The translations under genes and the position numbers were made by a program. A stretch of DNA of 64,000 bases from an uncultured delta proteobacterium. Its GTDB lineage: Bacteria > Desulfobacterota > Binatia > UBA9968. Below the pieces are notes generated by a model that worked only from the letters and a program-made list of their open reading frames with translations, searched no databases and had not been told where the DNA came from. The DNA lies in the NCBI GenBank assembly GCA_963771465.1, contig CAVYTU010000013.1, positions 96,001-160,000 on the forward strand, given 5' to 3'. This document shows, piece after piece, positions 60,362 through 64,000 of the stretch. Position 1 is the first letter of the stretch; every line of letters starts with the position of its first letter.

Positions 60362-60619
60362 TCAAGCCTCCGTTCCCGTGGAGACACTCTCAATTATAGC
60401 CGGTCGGGGCGGTACAGCTTCTTGGCCGATGATTTCTATTTCTGACGGATAAGCGTAATCGGTCACACCGGAATCCCATCGCACCAGAATGGGATGACGA
60501 CCGACGTTGTCCATCTCACACTGGATCACACCTTCCGTGGAACAGCGAATTAAGCCTTGACTGGTTCTGATCTCTCGTGTGGCTCGGCAGCGCATTCGCG
60601 TCAAAGTTGGGTTAGTCAT
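60362..60619 (-). CDS. Small hypothetical protein (possibly SH3-like)
   Basis: 85 aa with G.I...I.VRWD.G...Y.YP.EIE pattern. Confidence 0.5.
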   Translation of the reverse strand: MTNPTLTRMRCRATREIRTSQGLIRCSTEGVIQCEMDNVGRHPILVRWDSGVTDYAYPSEIEIIGQEAVPPRPAIIESVSTGTEA

Positions 60620-60796
60620 TGTATGCTGACGATTCGCGATTTTCTGGTGACCATCCCTAGTCCTGTCAAATTCGATTGGTGGTCACAGGGAGCAGGCGAT
60701 GCCGTTCGTCTGCGGTTTTATGTCCCGCAAGCGAACGGCATACATGATTCTTGCGCGAATCTAGATCCTTTATTTTGTTTTTATCTGCAGCTGCAG

Positions 60797-61564
60797 CTAT
60801 CGGCTGCTACGCGCACTTCGGCCATTCTTTTGATTCGCGTCGACTGCTCGCTCGGTCGCTTCCGCTTGCCACATGTTGGTGGTCACGTCGATTTTGTTAG
60901 CCTTATGGCTTGTCTTGTCTAAACTGAGTTGTACTTCGTAGCTTTGATCGCCTTTGACGATCTCCCATTCGGCGTAATCGGGCTTGTCGCTATTAACCGA
61001 AGTGATTTTCCAGCCCATTTTTTCCAGCTCTCGACGGTAAACGTCCTTTTCTTGTCCCGTTTTTAACGTTTGCTCGAGCTGCTCTTTTCCTTTAGTCCAG
61101 TCAGCGCGCCGGTCTCGGTCGCTATAACGAACATCGCCCCGGCCCATGGCTGGTACTTTGTTTCCTTTCAATGCTTTTTTCGTCGGGTCCGCTTTCCACA
61201 TGTTCGTAGTCACGTCGATTTTGCTCGCTTTGTTACTCTTGTCCAGATCGATCTGCACTTCGTAGCTCTGGTCGCCCTTAACGATTTCCCACTCGACGTA
61301 ATCGGCCTTGTCGCTATTGACCGCTGTGATTAGCCAGCCCATCTTATCGAGCTCGCGGCGATATTGCTCCTTGGTCTCGCCGAGCTTTAAAGCTTGTTGC
61401 AATACATCTTTTTGCTTGTTCCACTCGACGCTGCGGTCGCGGTCGCTGTAACGTCCGGCCGGTGTGCTCGTTACACTGTCGCTTCGTTGCGACCAAGCCA
61501 ACTGCGGCGACAACGCAAGAATCCCGATCAGTATTGCAGGCCCTCTAAAAATTAATTTTCTCAT
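60797..61564 (-). CDS. Secreted protein with two tandem PepSY-like repeats
   Basis: Signal peptide; two ~105-aa near-identical units (RYSDRDR...MGW.IT.VNSDK.DY.EWEIVKGDQSYEVQ..LDK...KIDVTTNMW). Confidence 0.75.
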   Translation of the reverse strand: MRKLIFRGPAILIGILALSPQLAWSQRSDSVTSTPAGRYSDRDRSVEWNKQKDVLQQALKLGETKEQYRRELDKMGWLITAVNSDKADYVEWEIVKGDQSYEVQIDLDKSNKASKIDVTTNMWKADPTKKALKGNKVPAMGRGDVRYSDRDRRADWTKGKEQLEQTLKTGQEKDVYRRELEKMGWKITSVNSDKPDYAEWEIVKGDQSYEVQLSLDKTSHKANKIDVTTNMWQAEATERAVDANQKNGRSARSSR

Positions 61565-61604
61565 TTCTACGCTCCTTTTCGGTTTTTGCACAATTTATGA
61601 TCTG

Positions 61605-61620
61605 AGCAACTGTCGTGCCA
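61605..61620 (-). promoter_or_regulatory. Sigma54 promoter
   Basis: TGGCAC-GACAG-TTGCT. Confidence 0.82.
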
Positions 61621-61796
61621 CACCTAGGGGATAGAGAGAGCTGGCCCTCGTGGTTTAACCAATGCATGCGCGGATTGTCGTCTTGTTTCTGCGATGAGTT
61701 CGCGTTTTTGGGACAATCCTTTTAACGGCGCGATGGATTCGCTGTAGGGTCGGCGTGCCGGGTTGAATCTCATAACTTTAAATTCTTAACTCTGTG

Positions 61797-61812
61797 TGGC
61801 ATGTTGTTTGCG
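61797..61812 (+). promoter_or_regulatory. Sigma54 promoter
   Basis: TGGCAT-GTTGT-TTGCG. Confidence 0.78.
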
Positions 61813-61865
61813 CATGTTCTGTTCATCACTTTTTGAATTGGCGGGCGTAATAGGAGGGATTTTTT

Positions 61866-62414
61866 ATGGCGGACAGCGCTTTTCTGACGGATGTGAAAAC
61901 GCTACGGGAGCGGGCGCGGCAGCATATTGAGCATGGCGCCGTGACCGAGGGATACCAAGCTAACCGCGACGTCGTGTTGAAACTCCTGAATGAAGCTGTG
62001 GCTACGGAGATCGTTTGCGTATTGCGATACCGCCGCCACTATTTCATGGTGTCGGGGATCAATGGTCAGGGGGTCGGCGCTGAGTTCCTGCAGCATGCGA
62101 ATGAGGAGCAGGGTCATGCCGATCAAATCGCCGCCCGCATCGTGCAACTGGGTGGTGCGCCGAATTTCTCTCCTGACGGTATGCTCAGTCGCAGCCATTC
62201 CGAATATGTCGAGGGCGAATCGTTGATCGATATGATCCGCGAAAATCTGGTTGCCGAACGCATCGCCATCGATAGCTATCGGGAGATGATTCAATACTTG
62301 GGCAATGAAGATCCGACCAGTCGCAGGATGCTTGAAAACATATTAGCCGTCGAAGAAGAACACGCCGAAGATATGGCCACCCTGCTTGACCGTCACGAAC
62401 ATCCTCCGAGGTAG
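61866..62414 (+). CDS. Ferritin-like / bacterioferritin family protein
   Basis: LNEAVATE, EEQGHAD, ENLVAERIAI..Y, EEEHAED di-iron ligands. Confidence 0.9.
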   Translation: MADSAFLTDVKTLRERARQHIEHGAVTEGYQANRDVVLKLLNEAVATEIVCVLRYRRHYFMVSGINGQGVGAEFLQHANEEQGHADQIAARIVQLGGAPNFSPDGMLSRSHSEYVEGESLIDMIRENLVAERIAIDSYREMIQYLGNEDPTSRRMLENILAVEEEHAEDMATLLDRHEHPPR

Positions 62415-62585
62415 AGGGCTCGGTGTCGTTGCAACAAAGAATGGAAGAGTCTCTCGCAACGCAAAAGGAGTAGACGACGAACTAGATCGGCGAACTCATC
62501 ATGCAGGCACGCGCATCCAATTGTCTCGTGCATTGTTGATTCAGCTGGGTTTGACCCGGCCTCTGTGGTCTTCCATAGCGAAGGG

Positions 62586-62619
62586 GAGACAGATGAACAG
62601 TCGCCTGCTCATCTGTCTC
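62586..62619. terminator. Hairpin between convergent genes
   Basis: GAGACAGATGA / TCATCTGTCTC 11-bp stem; no U-tract. Confidence 0.45.
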
Positions 62620-62686
62620 GGGAGAAACGCCGGCGGGGGAAGAAAGACCGGCGCCGCGCGGAGCCAAGATTGAAAATGATGGACGA

Positions 62687-62839
62687 CTATACTCGTCCCA
62701 TTAAGGCGAGAACGATAATGATTAAAAGGATTAAACCAAGCCCGCCGCTCGGATAATAACCCCAGCCGCTACTGTAGGGCCACGTCGGCAGCGCACCCAC
62801 TAATAAAAGAATTACTATGATGAGTAGTATAGTTCCCAT
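62687..62839 (-). CDS. DUF3309 family small membrane protein (50 aa, missed by ORF track)
   Basis: MGTILLIIVILLLVGALPTWPYSSGWGYYPSGGLGLILLIIIVLALMGRV; AAAGGA RBS. Confidence 0.88.
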   Translation of the reverse strand: MGTILLIIVILLLVGALPTWPYSSGWGYYPSGGLGLILLIIIVLALMGRV

Positions 62840-62926
62840 AATGTGTCCTTTCTCGGTTGTCTAGTTCGCTCTTCTCTCTTTACGTTTTTCGAAAGCTCAC
62901 CATATCCTCCTCTGCGAGTTCCGAGG

Positions 62927-62942
62927 AGCAACAGCCATGCCA
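62927..62942 (-). promoter_or_regulatory. Sigma54 promoter
   Basis: TGGCAT-GGCTG-TTGCT. Confidence 0.8.
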
Positions 62943-63159
62943 GTCGGATAGCATTCTTATTCTCTGGAAAGATAGGGAGAGCACCAAAACCGAGACGAGC
63001 AGTTCCAGGAATGTCCCAATATCAGGAGGAGCGCGAGGATGGTGGTGTCAAGTTCGAGACACTGTTTAGTTGAGTCGATTAATCCACGGGTCCGCGACTT
63101 ATCCAGCGCGGCAGCATACTGGCCGGAACTCAACCCGACAACCTGAAGGAAAGTTATAC

Positions 63160-63208
63160 GTGTGAGGAGTCGAGATCGCGATTGCGCGAATCTCTCGACT
63201 CCTCACAC
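63160..63208. terminator. Strong hairpin downstream of the BON gene
   Basis: 16-bp stem GTGTGAGGAGTCGAGA / TCTCGACTCCTCACAC. Confidence 0.55.
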
Positions 63209-63232
63209 CAACTGCTAACGGGGCGTGGGATG

Positions 63233-63541
63233 TTACGACGTGCGTTTTTGAATTTGCAGATTATTGACCACGTTGCGCACACCATCGACGCGTCGCGCAA
63301 GCTGTTCAGCGCGAGTTTTTTGCTCGCCTGACTCGACGACGCCATTTAGCGCCACGACGCCGTTATTGGTGTCGACATCGACGCGGGTCAAATTGGCGGC
63401 CTTGTCGGCGACCAGAGTACTCTTGACGGACGCCGTTATCGTCGCATCGTCGACGTTCCGACCCGCTGTTTTGCCGGTCATTGATTGGCAGCCCATTAGC
63501 GTCATCACCAACAGTGCCGTGACGATCGTTTTTATTTTCAT
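63233..63541 (-). CDS. BON domain lipoprotein (OsmY-like)
   Basis: Lipobox LMGC; DDATITASVK, VDVDT.NGVV.L.G.V, V.GV..V.NNL; GGAGG RBS. Confidence 0.9.
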   Translation of the reverse strand: MKIKTIVTALLVMTLMGCQSMTGKTAGRNVDDATITASVKSTLVADKAANLTRVDVDTNNGVVALNGVVESGEQKTRAEQLARRVDGVRNVVNNLQIQKRTS

Positions 63542-63584
63542 ATGCTGATTCCTCCCTCGTAGATTACTATCGAGCAGCCATAAC

Positions 63585-63600
63585 CGCAAAAGCCGCGCCA
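63585..63600 (-). promoter_or_regulatory. Sigma54 promoter
   Basis: TGGCGC-GGCTT-TTGCG. Confidence 0.78.
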
Positions 63601-63790
63601 GCTCAGTGCCGGTGCGATGCCAGCCAGAAATGATCGAGTGCAATTCTCTTTTCCCCATAGTTCTCGATTGAACTAGCGCAGTAACGGGACATATGGGCGT
63701 GTTCATGTCGCGGGATTGGGACAGGTTAGTCGGTCGGGGCAATTGCAGGTCCCTGGTTTTTCGCTCGGTTGATCTACCGGCTAGGATGAC

Positions 63791-63806
63791 TGGTTTGGTA
63801 TTTGCT
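63791..63806 (+). promoter_or_regulatory. Sigma54 promoter (weaker match)
   Basis: TGGTTT-GGTAT-TTGCT keeps GG-N10-GC. Confidence 0.55.
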
Positions 63807-63826
63807 CCTAAAAGTTTCCGTGAACT

Positions 63827-64000
63827 TTGAACTCTGAACGATATAAGTACGAAAAGAACTTTGAGCTTGGCTCGAACCCCGCGCAGCGGGGCAGATTGCC
63901 AGGCGTGAGTTTTTTTGCCGCCGCGACGCTTTTCGTCGCGATTCTTTATTGGGCGCAGGCGATTCTGATTCCGATTGCGCTCGCTACGCTGCTGACGTTT
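63827..64000 (+). CDS. AI-2E family transporter, 5' end (partial; start uncertain)
   Basis: FVAILYWAQAILIPIALATLLTF, typical AI-2E N-terminus; runs off the window. Confidence 0.65.
   Translation, partial: MNSERYKYEKNFELGSNPAQRGRLPGVSFFAAATLFVAILYWAQAILIPIALATLLTF

Noticed and set aside
51042-64000. Prophage or ICE at tRNA-Val
   Set aside because: No integrase, structural, replication or conjugation genes visible in the window

Overview
GC-rich chromosomal window. The gene content (many NMT1/SsuA-type and TctC-type solute-binding proteins, aromatic and CoA catabolism) resembles Candidatus Binatia or related deltaproteobacteria; this is inference, not a taxonomic assignment. Positions 1-50.9 kb hold metabolic and housekeeping genes: end of glcB, a frameshifted Rieske oxygenase, treZ plus a GH13 glucosidase, a gap pair, rnr, AsmA, paaFGH-thiolase with TetR, Prx, VIT1, nfo, DUF885, grdE/grdB-like, a LigJ-like amidohydrolase and tctCCAB. 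A tRNA-Val(CAC) at 50965 is followed by an accessory general-stress region. Main signals the ORF track does not explain: (1) three genes broken by an in-frame TGA at a redox-Cys position, each followed 11-14 nt later by a SECIS-like hairpin (atypical GrdB, small AhpD-like CxxU protein, Tat-exported PCYCGC protein with UxxC); (2) two paralogous ~175-nt 6S-RNA-like rods 35 kb apart; (3) a sigma54 regulon of about 9 -24/-12 promoters sharing a TGTCCC-N6-GGGACA-like enhancer, often phased at 31-32 bp, around an NtrC-family activator and small stress genes; (4) a Cys-less GAPDH paralog translationally coupled to an intact GAPDH; (5) an unannotated 53-aa metallothionein; (6) a His-rich methyltransferase next to the selenoproteins; (7) an orphan DUF262/ParB-like protein. 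All calls come from reading the sequence by eye; no searches or folding were run.
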